A stretch of DNA of 64,000 nt from Verrucomicrobiota bacterium. GTDB lineage: Bacteria > Verrucomicrobiota > Verrucomicrobiia > Opitutales > Cerasicoccaceae. Where the stretch lies: assembly GCA_039818205.1 (NCBI GenBank), contig JBCBUK010000008.1, positions 161,377-225,376 on the forward strand, read 5' to 3'. The notes under the pieces were generated by a model. That model saw only the letters and a list, made by a program, of their open reading frames with translations. It did not search any database and was not told the DNA's origin. Positions 31,938-41,589 of the stretch are shown one piece after another. The translations under genes were made by a program, and so were the position numbers. Numbering within the stretch: the first letter of the stretch is position 1; each line of letters starts with the position of its first letter.

Positions 31938-33641
31938 CTAGGCCCAGAAATCGGTCTTAGCGACATTTACTGGCGCGATGATGCCCGCGCGGACAACGAA
32001 ATCTCCAAAGTGCTCACCCTCATTGCGCTCCTTGGCAAAGCGCTGGATCATGGGCTTGAGCTCGTCTAGGATTTCTTGCTCGGTTGCGCTATCCCGATAG
32101 AGCTTGTTCAGGCGATCGCCGTTGAAGCTCGCTCCGAGGTAAAGGTTATATTTGCCCGGACTACGACCCACTAAGCCGATTTCGGCCAAAAATGGGCGAG
32201 CGCAGCCGTTTGGGCAACCCGTCATGCGGATGACGATATCCTCGTCGCGTAGACCAGCTTCATCCAAGATTGCTTCAATGCTGGTAACGAGGTCCGGCAG
32301 GTACCGCTCACTCTCCGACAAAGCAAGTCCGCAAGTCGGCAAGGCAACGCAAGCCATCGAGTTGCGACGCAGTCCGCCTGCATTCAAGCGCTCAAGCACG
32401 CCGGCTTCAGATAAAATCTTTTCGATCGCCGGCTTAGATTCCTCGGAGATGTCACCGATCATCAAATTCTGGTTGGCGGTCAAACGGAAGTCGCATTGGT
32501 GCAATTCAGCAACCTCGCGCAATGCCGTTTTCATTGGATAATCTTCGGTATCCAAGACGCGACCGTTCTGGATGAACATGGTCAACCCCCACTTCTTATC
32601 CACGCCTTTCACCCAACCGTAGCGGTCGCCGGTGCTATCAAAAATAAATTCGCGTGGTTCGCTAACGGTTATACCGGCGCGCTTCTCAACCTCGGCCCGG
32701 AACGCATCCAAGCCCATGTCTTCAACGGTATATTTTAGTCGCGCATGTTTGCGGTCTGAACGGTCACCATTGTCGCGCTGCGTCGTAACAACCGCTTCCG
32801 CCGCCTTCACCGCGTCTTCCGGCTTCACGAAGCCGAGCACATCGGCCGTGCGCGGATAGGTTGCCTTGTTGTTGTGGGTCATCCCCATGCCGCCACCGAC
32901 AGTCACGTTATAGCCAACAATCTTGTCGTCTTCCACGATTGCAATGTAGCCGAGATCGTGAGCGTAGATGTCGACGTCGTTGCTCGGTGGAACGGCGACC
33001 ACAGTCTTAAACTTACGGGGCAAATAGGTCTTGCCGTAGATTGGCTCCGCGTCCTCCTCGGAGGACTCAACCTTTTCGCCATCGAGCCAAATCTCGTGAT
33101 AGGCGCGCGTCGCCGGTGTCAGGTGATCGCTGATGTCTTGCGCCAGCTTTAGAACTTCACCATGAACGGCACTTTGATAGGGATTCGGGTTACACATGAC
33201 GTTGCGGTTAACGTCACCACATGCCGCAATCGTGTCCAAGCAAGCATCATTGATCTCTTTGATCGTTTGCTTGAGGTTGCTCTTAATAATGCCGTGAAAC
33301 TGGAATGCCTGGCGAGTTGTGAGCTTCAAGGTGCCGTTTGCGTAGGCATCAGACAGGCGATCCATCTCCAACCACTGCTGGCTGGAGCAAACACCACCAG
33401 CAACCCGGACACGGGTCATAAAAATGTAGGCCTTATCGAGCTTCTGCTTGCGGCGCTCGTTACGGACATCGCGATCATCTTGCTGGTAAATTCCATGGAA
33501 TTTCGTCAGCTGGGTGTCGTTATCCGACAATGAGCCGGTTGATACATCAGCTAATCCTTCGAGAATTGTTCCACGCAGGAAGTTACTCTCAACCTTGATG
33601 CCTTCGTTCTTGGACAGTTTCTTTTCTACGGTGTCGGCCAT
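31938..33641 (-). CDS. cysI: assimilatory sulfite reductase hemoprotein subunit
   Basis: [38 protein letters not shown], and siroheme/Fe-S motifs [11 protein letters not shown] and [10 protein letters not shown]. Confidence 0.96.
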   Translation of the reverse strand: MADTVEKKLSKNEGIKVESNFLRGTILEGLADVSTGSLSDNDTQLTKFHGIYQQDDRDVRNERRKQKLDKAYIFMTRVRVAGGVCSSQQWLEMDRLSDAYANGTLKLTTRQAFQFHGIIKSNLKQTIKEINDACLDTIAACGDVNRNVMCNPNPYQSAVHGEVLKLAQDISDHLTPATRAYHEIWLDGEKVESSEEDAEPIYGKTYLPRKFKTVVAVPPSNDVDIYAHDLGYIAIVEDDKIVGYNVTVGGGMGMTHNNKATYPRTADVLGFVKPEDAVKAAEAVVTTQRDNGDRSDRKHARLKYTVEDMGLDAFRAEVEKRAGITVSEPREFIFDSTGDRYGWVKGVDKKWGLTMFIQNGRVLDTEDYPMKTALREVAELHQCDFRLTANQNLMIGDISEESKPAIEKILSEAGVLERLNAGGLRRNSMACVALPTCGLALSESERYLPDLVTSIEAILDEAGLRDEDIVIRMTGCPNGCARPFLAEIGLVGRSPGKYNLYLGASFNGDRLNKLYRDSATEQEILDELKPMIQRFAKERNEGEHFGDFVVRAGIIAPVNVAKTDFWA

Positions 33642-33677
33642 AATTAATACGTGCGTATTTTTTTGATTCTGACAATA

Positions 33678-33705
33678 AATTTAGTATCTTACCTAAGATA
33701 GTCAA
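33678..33705 (-). promoter_or_regulatory. putative sigma70 promoter of cysI with a palindrome in the spacer
   Basis: Minus strand TTGACT-N16-TAAATT containing the perfect inverted repeat TATCTTA-N2-TAAGATA (33685-33700). Confidence 0.5.
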
Positions 33706-33753
33706 GAAAAGCGGTGAATAAATTCCAATTCAAACTGAAATGAGTTCGATTCA

Positions 33754-34791
33754 TCAATCAACCAAGCTCGCCGCCGGATCAATGGTGAGCACTTCACCGT
33801 CAATTTCGGACGCTCGATCTCGATCCATCCAAGCCGCAAATGCAATCATGGCCGCATTATCGCCGGTGTGTTGGCGCTTGGCCATAACCAGTGGTAGCCT
33901 CAGCTGACGGGCCAGGGTCTCAAAAGACTCCCGCAGCTGCGTGTTGTTGGCAACCCCGCCTGACAACCCAAGGCTCGCTGGATGCCGCTTATCGAGCGCA
34001 TGACGCGTCTTCTTTACGAGCTGCTGGACGATTGCCGACTGATAGTCCGCGCAAATATCCGGCAAATCTGCCTCCAACTGCCCCTCCTCGAGCGCTTCTA
34101 GTTGATAACGCAGACTCGTCTTGAGCCCCGAAAAGCTGAATCGAAAATCTTCCCGATTCGGAATTCCTACTGGAAAATCAAATCTCCCGGTCCGCCCGGT
34201 TTGTGCAGTCTTCTCGATCAAGACTCCGCCCGGATACGGCATACCAAGCAGTTTAGCTCCCTTATCGATCGCCTCCCCTGCGGCATCGTCGACGGTCTGA
34301 GCCACGATCGAAAGGTTCCGATCTCGGTCGATCTCAAAAAGAATCGTGTTTCCGCCCGACACCAAAAGTCCGAGGTGTGGCAAAAGCGAAGTCATCGTTG
34401 CCTCAAACTTCTCTGGATCCTCCTGGTGGATACCGATAAACGGTGAATAGGCGTGCCCGAGCAAATGGTTTACCGCAACCGCAGGGACTTGCCAGGCCAG
34501 CGAAAGTGCCTTCGCGCAGGAGACTCCAACTGCGAGGCAACCCGCCAATCCCGGGCCATTGGTTACGGCAACGCGATCCACATTATCAAAATCGACCGCG
34601 GATTGGGCTTCGATCAGTAACGGAGCAAATCGCACTAGATGCTCTCGGCTCGCCAAATCTGGTACCACCCCACCGTATTCGCCATGCACGCTGATTTGGG
34701 AATGCACCCACTCTCCAAGCATCCCCAACTCGCAGTCAAAAAGCGCGAGGGCGGATTCATCGCAGGAGCTCTCGATGGCTAGAATTCTCAT
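33754..34791 (-). CDS. tsaD: tRNA N6-adenosine threonylcarbamoyltransferase
   Basis: ILAIESSCDES, YGGVVPDLASREH, GPGL, NHLLGH, DDAAGEAIDK and DNAAMIA. Confidence 0.96.
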   Translation of the reverse strand: MRILAIESSCDESALALFDCELGMLGEWVHSQISVHGEYGGVVPDLASREHLVRFAPLLIEAQSAVDFDNVDRVAVTNGPGLAGCLAVGVSCAKALSLAWQVPAVAVNHLLGHAYSPFIGIHQEDPEKFEATMTSLLPHLGLLVSGGNTILFEIDRDRNLSIVAQTVDDAAGEAIDKGAKLLGMPYPGGVLIEKTAQTGRTGRFDFPVGIPNREDFRFSFSGLKTSLRYQLEALEEGQLEADLPDICADYQSAIVQQLVKKTRHALDKRHPASLGLSGGVANNTQLRESFETLARQLRLPLVMAKRQHTGDNAAMIAFAAWMDRDRASEIDGEVLTIDPAASLVD

Positions 34792-34858
34792 AAATCGGGT
34801 GTCGGTCCAGAACTACGCACACTTGCGTAAACCTCAATCAGGAACCAAGCTACCAACC

Positions 34859-35860
34859 GTGGCAATCCATGAAGTTATTTCCGACGAATTTTTGAAGCGA
34901 TTTGAACCGTTTGCAACCGAGGATGGGCTCGTCACCTATGCCGATTTCTCGCGAGTAGCCCTCTACGACCCGGATTTCGGCTACTATCAATCGAACCAGG
35001 AACGCGTTGGCAAAGCCGATGGAACCGACTTTTATACGTCAGTTTCAGTTGGTCCAGTCTTCGGCCAGCTTGTCGCAGCAGCCGCCCGAAAGCTTGTCGG
35101 TGATAATCAGCTCGACGAATATACCCTCGTCGAAATGGGGGCGGAACCAAGTGGCGGTATGTTCAACCGTGTCGACACTGGTTTCGGCGAATCTAGAACC
35201 TTTCGACTAGGTCAGACCCCAAAAATTCCAAACAGATCGGTTTTGGTAGCCAACGAGGTTCTTGATGCTCAACCGTTTCATCGACTCGAGTTTCGTGGCG
35301 GCGAGTGGCGGGAATGGGGCGTAAATTTATCGCCCGAAGGATTGAGCGAAGAAATCCTGCCTGAGCTTAGTGAGCCGGTGCAGCAGAAAATCTCGCCCCA
35401 TTTGCCTCCTGAAATGCCCGAGGGCTACCGGCTCGATTTGTCTATCGAAGCCGAATCCCTGGTTGAATCTTGGTGCGACGGCGACTGGCAAGGCGCGATT
35501 ATTCTGATCGACTACGGCAAATCCTGGCAGGAGTTGATCGAGGCCACTGCCCAGGGAACCGCCCGTGCCTACCTCCGCCATCAGCAAACAAACGCACTTC
35601 TCCAGCACCCGGGCCAACAGGACCTAACGACTCATGTCTGTTGGGATCGAATCGAGACATGCCTTGATAAACAAAAGTTCACCAATATCTGCCTTCGCCG
35701 ACAGGAATCGTTCCTCGTGCATGAAGCGTGGACAGAAATCGAACGACTTTCCCAGGAATTAGGTGAATCCCAGTCTGCATCACGGGGACAGATTCAAAGT
35801 TTATTGCATCCAAGCGGATTTGGGTCTAAATTCCAGGTCCAATATGCCGTTCGAAAATAG
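34859..35860 (+). CDS. SAM-dependent methyltransferase, MidA/NDUFAF7 family
   Basis: ALYDPDFGYY, DFYTSV, EMGA, ANEVLDAQP, IDYG and PGQQDLTTHV. GTG start inferred. Confidence 0.88.
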   Translation: MAIHEVISDEFLKRFEPFATEDGLVTYADFSRVALYDPDFGYYQSNQERVGKADGTDFYTSVSVGPVFGQLVAAAARKLVGDNQLDEYTLVEMGAEPSGGMFNRVDTGFGESRTFRLGQTPKIPNRSVLVANEVLDAQPFHRLEFRGGEWREWGVNLSPEGLSEEILPELSEPVQQKISPHLPPEMPEGYRLDLSIEAESLVESWCDGDWQGAIILIDYGKSWQELIEATAQGTARAYLRHQQTNALLQHPGQQDLTTHVCWDRIETCLDKQKFTNICLRRQESFLVHEAWTEIERLSQELGESQSASRGQIQSLLHPSGFGSKFQVQYAVRK

Positions 35861-35927
35861 GTTCTTTACTTTATCTGCTAAGATATTCTAAAATCAGGTA
35901 AAAAGGGACCTGGTCATGTCTATCATG

Positions 35928-35955
35928 TTGACCTTAACGCGTGTTAATTTAGTCT
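35928..35955 (+). promoter_or_regulatory. putative promoter of the pilin cassette
   Basis: TTGACC-N16-TAGTCT with inverted repeat TTAAC-GCGT-GTTAA in the spacer. Confidence 0.4.
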
Positions 35956-35978
35956 CTGAATATTGTGATTGCTTGTCT

Positions 35979-36506
35979 ATGAAATCACCCGAACCCATTA
36001 GTTCGCTAAGGCAAAAGATGAAATCTCAAAATGGAATGACCCTGACCGAGATAATGATCGCAATGTCGATCCTCGTTATCCTGGCCGGAGGAATTATTGC
36101 TGGCGTTTTCGCCGTCAGAGCCGATGCGGAAAACAATCTCTACGAGTCTGCATCGTTGAACGCAGCGATTAGTTTTCTCGAACAAACCAAAAGCGAAAAC
36201 TACGATGATCTCGGAGATCCGCCCACAAATGGCTCGGGACAACGGATTCTGAATTATATTGTTGGATTTAAAGAGTTTCTCGATGTCCCTCTATCCACCG
36301 ATACCGTCATCAACGTACCCATTATATCTGATGAGGATGGCGAGGTCAAAAAAGACCTCGATGTAACCATCAACATAGATATCTCGGCCTCAACAGACCT
36401 CAACGGCTACTGGATCACAGTCGCCTACTCTTGGGACCATCCAACGACCGATCGCAGCTATAGCGGCGAAGTCCGAGGTTTCCGCAGCGAAGTCTCGACC
36501 TACTAA
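35979..36506 (+). CDS. prepilin-type N-terminal cleavage/methylation domain protein (PilV-like minor pilin)
   Basis: Basic leader then G|MTLTEIMIAMSILVILAGG, a class III signal with E5. Start is 35979 or 36018. Confidence 0.85.
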   Translation: MKSPEPISSLRQKMKSQNGMTLTEIMIAMSILVILAGGIIAGVFAVRADAENNLYESASLNAAISFLEQTKSENYDDLGDPPTNGSGQRILNYIVGFKEFLDVPLSTDTVINVPIISDEDGEVKKDLDVTINIDISASTDLNGYWITVAYSWDHPTTDRSYSGEVRGFRSEVSTY

Positions 36507-36524
36507 TCGTCAACAAACCAGCCA

Positions 36525-37214
36525 ATGTTTGACTCAAACAAATTTAATCCGCAGCGCAAAAAATCCGCGGGATTCACGCTGACTGAGATGATGATCTCAG
36601 TAGCGCTTGTTTCTCTGCTATCGGTTGGCCTGTTAACCTTCATGCTCGACGTCGCACGAGGCATTTTCTGGGGCACCGAAAAGACGGAGATTTCGGAGGA
36701 CGTCCGCGAGTTTACAATGCGCCTCGCAGCCGAGGCGCGCTCGGCCAATTCAGCGATCATCTACGCCAGTTTCGACCCGGATGATCGAAATTCGGGCGGA
36801 GACCGCCGCGACGATCAGCAAAGTGGCGACTGCTTAGTTCTCATCAACACCGAATACTATCCGGATACTTCGGGAACCGAACACTATACTGACATCATCG
36901 TATACTTCCGGACCGAAGATGAAGAAGGCGACGGAGCGGGTCCCGTGCATCGCTTTGAATGGTCGGCTTCTAGCGTAGCGAATTACTATGATTCTGCTGA
37001 CTATGAACTGGAAGAGGTCCTCGCACTTGTCGCCCCCGATGAAGACACCTCAAATCCAGTTGTTATTGAATTGTCGCGAGGCGTTGCCGATGGCCGTCTT
37101 TTCACGAATTACCAACAGGGAATGGTCACCGTAATCAATGGTGAAATTCTCCATGGCAACAAAGTCAAGGAGGTCACCAACACCTACAATTTATCGATTT
37201 CACCGAGAGGATAA
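36525..37214 (+). CDS. prepilin-type domain protein (PilW/GspJ-like minor pilin)
   Basis: RKKSAG|FTLTEMMISVALVSLLSVGLL class III signal. Confidence 0.88.
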   Translation: MFDSNKFNPQRKKSAGFTLTEMMISVALVSLLSVGLLTFMLDVARGIFWGTEKTEISEDVREFTMRLAAEARSANSAIIYASFDPDDRNSGGDRRDDQQSGDCLVLINTEYYPDTSGTEHYTDIIVYFRTEDEEGDGAGPVHRFEWSASSVANYYDSADYELEEVLALVAPDEDTSNPVVIELSRGVADGRLFTNYQQGMVTVINGEILHGNKVKEVTNTYNLSISPRG

Positions 37215-37220
37215 AAAGCC

Positions 37221-39461
37221 ATGAAAACATCAAATCGCCAAGGAAACACCATCATCCTCGTTCTGATTATTGCGACAGCGCTCGGCGCAATCGTGTTCTC
37301 GGCATTGCGAGTGGTTCGGCATGAGTCCCGTTTAAACAAACGCGCCTACCTCTACCACGAAGCCCGGCTTGCCTCCGAAACACTACTCCAGGCAAGTTTT
37401 GCTGATTTGCAGAATCGTTTTGATGACGCCGTAGCGTTTCCGACCAACGAACTCGCACCCACAAATAACCCACTGGGTGTTCCGACCGAATTCGTTACGA
37501 AATATATCGGCTCAGATACCGATCCGAATACCAATTTGGTCAAACCAACGGTGACCAAGTATACCAGCATGGGCGACTTTAATTCGCAACCCGTGGAGGT
37601 AATTGGTGGAGCGGTGCCCCCAGGCACTTGGCAGTTCATCGATCCTCGAGTACCTGGCAACGAGAATGACCCGCTCGCTGGAACCATGACATTTATTCGC
37701 GGAATTGAGATCCTGGCTAAAGCAACAGTTAGCAAGAAAGGTTGGGCAGAGAATTCAACCGCATACACCCGCCAGATTCTCGAAGTCCGAGATGCTCCTT
37801 TGTTTGCCCACGCAATCTTTTACAACCTGCCGATGGAAATAGCTCCAGGGCCGACGATGAATGTATATGGTAACGTCCATGCCAACGACGACATGTATAT
37901 CCAGGCTGGTTCAGGACTCAATTTCCACGAGAAAGTGACGACCGCCGGTGATGTATTACATGGACGTCGTGATGAATCCGGGAAAGGTGACGGCTACGGC
38001 CCAGTCAAGTTTACCAATCGTGACGGAGATCTTGTTTCGATGAAGGAAGACAATACCTGGGATGCCGAATCGCAGGAAGCCTTCACCGGAGAATGGTTGA
38101 CCAGTGAGGCGGGAGACTGGACTTCCCTCGCGAATCAACTCTACGACGGTAATCTCTTGAGCCAAGATCACGGTATCACAACCCAAAACCCGGTTGGTGT
38201 TTTGGAGTATGTGGAGGATACCGACACGTCAACAAGTGCGCAGGAGTCGCTCAATTATGCCTACCAGATTATCCAGCCAACCCTCAGCCAAAGCGAACTG
38301 GCCTACCCTGACCCAGACACTGATCCCGCTGGATTTGCCGCAGCCGTGGATCGCAACGAAGTTGAGAAGCAGAAGTTTGCCTACAAAGCTGGACTAACCA
38401 TCGAAGTTGATGCTTCTGGCAACGTCGGCATGCACTATTTTCAGCGCGATGCCGATGGAGATGTTGTCTATGATGGATCTGGGAATCCAACAAAAGTCGT
38501 CGTTGATCCCAAATCCTCAGCTGACTTCATTACGGTTGAGACCTTTGCGAGCACCGGCAGTGGCAGCAGTGAAACGGTCACCTCGGGCCTCCATGACAAA
38601 CGCCAAGGAGAAGACTTGAACATGGTTGATATCGATGTCGGTAAACTGACCGACGCGATTCATGATAATGATTCTGCTGATTGGAATTCGGGCGGTCAGC
38701 CAAGCGATTGGTGGAACGGCGTTGTATACGTCGAATTTCCGGAGCAAAACGCAACTTCCAGTCGCGCCGACAACGTCAACCCAGCAATTGGTGGCTGGGG
38801 AGTCAAAGTAACGAATGCGGAGACTATTCCGAACCCAGCCTTTGGCCAGTCAAATGGAGTCTATGGCACCACAATCGCAACCAACCAAGCGATGTATATC
38901 GATGGCAACTACAACGCGGACGGCGATTCTGGAACCGGGTCCCCAACCGAGCCTGACAGCAGTAACGGGTTTGCTGGTGAAGGAAACGAAGCTCCAGCGG
39001 CGCTCGCTGCAGACGCAATTACTTTCCTCAGCACAGCTTGGGATGATGCGAACAGCACTAAGAGCAAGGACGCGAATCGTGTTGCATCGAGTTTTACAGA
39101 AGTTAGCGCAGCAATTCTCGCTGGCGTCGTCCCATCCGGTGAGACGGGTAGCAACTCCTATAGTGGCGGTGTCGAGAACTTCCCTCGCTTTCTCGAAAAA
39201 TGGAGTGGCAAGACATTGCGAATCCGTGGCTCAATTGTGGCTCTCTACGAGAGTGAGGTCGCTAAAGAACGTTGGGGCAAGGGTGACGTTTATAATCCAC
39301 CAAATCGTAATTGGGGCTTTCATGAGAAGCTGGGCGAAGGTTACTACCCTCCCGGAACACCAAGTACGCGCACCTATCGTGGCCGTGACTATCGTGATTT
39401 GACTGCAGATGAGTATCAGGTCGAGATAGACAAGATCAAAGCCAACCTCACCAATTCCTAA
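37221..39461 (+). CDS. large PilX/GspK-like pilin with HpsA-like C-terminal domain
   Basis: NRQG|NTIILVLIIA signal lacks E5, as in PilX/GspK. Also AYLYHEARLASE, P-LF-HAIFY..PMEIAPGP.M...G.VHAN, and C-terminal GGVENFPRFLEKW...YNPPNRNWGF. Confidence 0.75.
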   Translation: MKTSNRQGNTIILVLIIATALGAIVFSALRVVRHESRLNKRAYLYHEARLASETLLQASFADLQNRFDDAVAFPTNELAPTNNPLGVPTEFVTKYIGSDTDPNTNLVKPTVTKYTSMGDFNSQPVEVIGGAVPPGTWQFIDPRVPGNENDPLAGTMTFIRGIEILAKATVSKKGWAENSTAYTRQILEVRDAPLFAHAIFYNLPMEIAPGPTMNVYGNVHANDDMYIQAGSGLNFHEKVTTAGDVLHGRRDESGKGDGYGPVKFTNRDGDLVSMKEDNTWDAESQEAFTGEWLTSEAGDWTSLANQLYDGNLLSQDHGITTQNPVGVLEYVEDTDTSTSAQESLNYAYQIIQPTLSQSELAYPDPDTDPAGFAAAVDRNEVEKQKFAYKAGLTIEVDASGNVGMHYFQRDADGDVVYDGSGNPTKVVVDPKSSADFITVETFASTGSGSSETVTSGLHDKRQGEDLNMVDIDVGKLTDAIHDNDSADWNSGGQPSDWWNGVVYVEFPEQNATSSRADNVNPAIGGWGVKVTNAETIPNPAFGQSNGVYGTTIATNQAMYIDGNYNADGDSGTGSPTEPDSSNGFAGEGNEAPAALAADAITFLSTAWDDANSTKSKDANRVASSFTEVSAAILAGVVPSGETGSNSYSGGVENFPRFLEKWSGKTLRIRGSIVALYESEVAKERWGKGDVYNPPNRNWGFHEKLGEGYYPPGTPSTRTYRGRDYRDLTADEYQVEIDKIKANLTNS

Positions 39462-39476
39462 GCCAAACGTATTGTC

Positions 39477-40103
39477 ATGCGAACTACCAAGGCCGTAGCA
39501 GCACTGTTTCTAATCGCTATCGCTAGTTCGGCGCTCAATGGGTTCGATAAGCCCAAAGGCGCCTACCCCTACAAAGTAGAACCGTTTAGCGAGCGTCTAG
39601 AAACAATGGATATCGAGCGGGTCCGTCTTAACGGACAACGCGTCATCCTTATGGATTCGGCGTCGCAGTTTCAAACTGCGAAACCGACCAAGGGGGAATC
39701 CGTTGTCCTCAAAAAGCGTTTTTTTCCGGACTATCGGATGGAACTGTATGTGTTTCCTAACTCGTCCATCCGTGGATCCATTTCTAAGGATAACGTTAGT
39801 AAATACGTTAAGGGTTTGAGCGAGGACGCAATACGACGCCAGGAGTTTCTTGAGGTTCTCACGATGCCTGAAGACGATTCCGCGCCAACAAAGATTCGCT
39901 TCCTCGGTGCGAAACCGATATCCGTCAGTTATGCGGTTAAGAAAGTCGTCGATGGCGATCTCCAGCGAGTTGTCGTCATGGATAACTGGGCACAACTTGA
40001 CGGAGAGACCTACCTGCTCCGGATTACGGCGCCTGAAGCCAATTTTGAGTCTTTCTTTAGCGAATGCAGAGGCCTTGCAAACTCCATGTATTTCGCTGGG
40101 TAG
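39477..40103 (+). CDS. hypothetical secreted protein
   Basis: Sec-type signal (MRTTKAVAALFLIAIASSALNG). Lies 15 nt after the PilX-like gene. Confidence 0.7.
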   Translation: MRTTKAVAALFLIAIASSALNGFDKPKGAYPYKVEPFSERLETMDIERVRLNGQRVILMDSASQFQTAKPTKGESVVLKKRFFPDYRMELYVFPNSSIRGSISKDNVSKYVKGLSEDAIRRQEFLEVLTMPEDDSAPTKIRFLGAKPISVSYAVKKVVDGDLQRVVVMDNWAQLDGETYLLRITAPEANFESFFSECRGLANSMYFAG

Positions 40104-40104
40104 A

Positions 40105-41586
40105 CTAGCGCCGTTTGCAAGCGAGTTCGGCAGCAAGACGCCCACTCGTAAGGACCAATGGTATTCCTCCACCTGGATGTGAGGATCCTCCAGCAAAATA
40201 GAGGCCCTTAACCGAGCCTCCGTTCGGCAGGCGAAGAAATGCCGCGGTCTGTGTGTTGGAACTAGGGCCGTAAATCGAGCCGTTCCACGCCGCATATTGG
40301 TCCCGCAAAAATGTTGGAGGCAACTCGGAGGACCAAAGAATTTTGCTAGGATCAAATGACGGTAATCGCCTGCTCAGGCGCTGAATAATCCGGCCACCGT
40401 AGTCAGCAGGCCAATCGGGCACTCGATCCGTTGAGGGAGCATTAAGTAGAACGAACCAGGCCTCGTTCCCATCGGGTGCTTGCGATGAGTCGATCTTACA
40501 CGGAGCGGAAATATAGATGGTAGGATCTCGCAAGGGTTTTGGATCATGGAAAAGGTCGGTAAACTCATCCTCATAGTTCTGATTGAAAAAGATGTTATGG
40601 CAGGCAAGCGCATCGTGCTCACCAGCAACTGCCATGAGCTGAACAAATCCGCTGCTTGCTGCTTCCTTTGCTTTCCACTTACTCTGCCATTCATCGGAAC
40701 TTGGGTGCTCGGCCATCAAGGGTCCGGTCAAAGCTCCGACTCCATCGGCGTTCACGACAACGGTATCTGCCTCGATTTTTTTCGCGTCTGGCATCCGGAC
40801 TCCCGTCACCGAGCGACCATCTTTTGAGAATTCGATACAGTCGACCGCCACACCCGTTGAAAACTCGACTCCGAGTTCTTCTGCAAGCTGGGTCAATGCC
40901 CGGACCAACTGATAAATCCCTCCCTGAATATGCCACGATCCAAACGCCATCTCTACGTAACTGATAACGTTGAAGGTTGCGGGCGTGCGCCAGGGGTCCG
41001 ATCCATTGTAGGTCGCATAGCGCGAGAAGAGCTGGCGCAATTGTGGCGCCTTGAAATAGTGTTCAATCGCTTTTCGCATCGTCCACGGGCGCATAGCAGC
41101 CAGACCGGCCCAAGCGTGCTGAGGGCGAATTTTTGTAATCAATGACGGCTCCAAGCGGTTGAACAAGAAAAGCGGACCACTCACCTCCCAAAGCTTTTTT
41201 CCGTAGTCTATAAAGCGATCGTAACCATCTAAATCTTCCGGAAATGCGGCGGCGATATTCTCGCGAAAGCCCTCCAGGGTGCCAGGCGCGTCAAACATCG
41301 TGCCATCTGGAAAAAAATAGCGGCAGGCTGGGCTAACCCGCATGAAGTCGAGGTAGTCTTCGCGCCGTTTTCCGACCGCTTTAAACAGTTCGTCAACGAC
41401 GAACGGCATCGTCAACAGCGACGGTCCGGTGTCGAAATGATAGCCTTGCCAATGCCGGTAGTTACATTTGCCGCCAAGATCTGCATTCTTCTCAAGGAGC
41501 CGGACCCGAACGCCAGCATGCGCAAGGTAGATCGCAGCACTTAGCCCACCAAGCCCACCACCGATGACAATTGCGTTACCCGCCAT
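40105..41586 (-). CDS. phytoene desaturase family protein (CrtI/CrtD-like)
   Basis: VIGGGLGGLSAA FAD motif, FDTGPSLLTMP, RYATYNGS and GLYFAGGSSHPGGGIPLV. Confidence 0.9.
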   Translation of the reverse strand: MAGNAIVIGGGLGGLSAAIYLAHAGVRVRLLEKNADLGGKCNYRHWQGYHFDTGPSLLTMPFVVDELFKAVGKRREDYLDFMRVSPACRYFFPDGTMFDAPGTLEGFRENIAAAFPEDLDGYDRFIDYGKKLWEVSGPLFLFNRLEPSLITKIRPQHAWAGLAAMRPWTMRKAIEHYFKAPQLRQLFSRYATYNGSDPWRTPATFNVISYVEMAFGSWHIQGGIYQLVRALTQLAEELGVEFSTGVAVDCIEFSKDGRSVTGVRMPDAKKIEADTVVVNADGVGALTGPLMAEHPSSDEWQSKWKAKEAASSGFVQLMAVAGEHDALACHNIFFNQNYEDEFTDLFHDPKPLRDPTIYISAPCKIDSSQAPDGNEAWFVLLNAPSTDRVPDWPADYGGRIIQRLSRRLPSFDPSKILWSSELPPTFLRDQYAAWNGSIYGPSSNTQTAAFLRLPNGGSVKGLYFAGGSSHPGGGIPLVLTSGRLAAELACKRR

Positions 41587-41589
41587 GCT

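Noticed and set aside
34559..34858. N-terminal extension of the 433-aa ORF
   Set aside because: It overlaps tsaD on the opposite strand. MidA similarity starts only near GTG 34859.
39597..40355. 252-aa minus ORF
   Set aside because: Overlaps the desaturase in another frame and is antisense to the secreted-protein gene.
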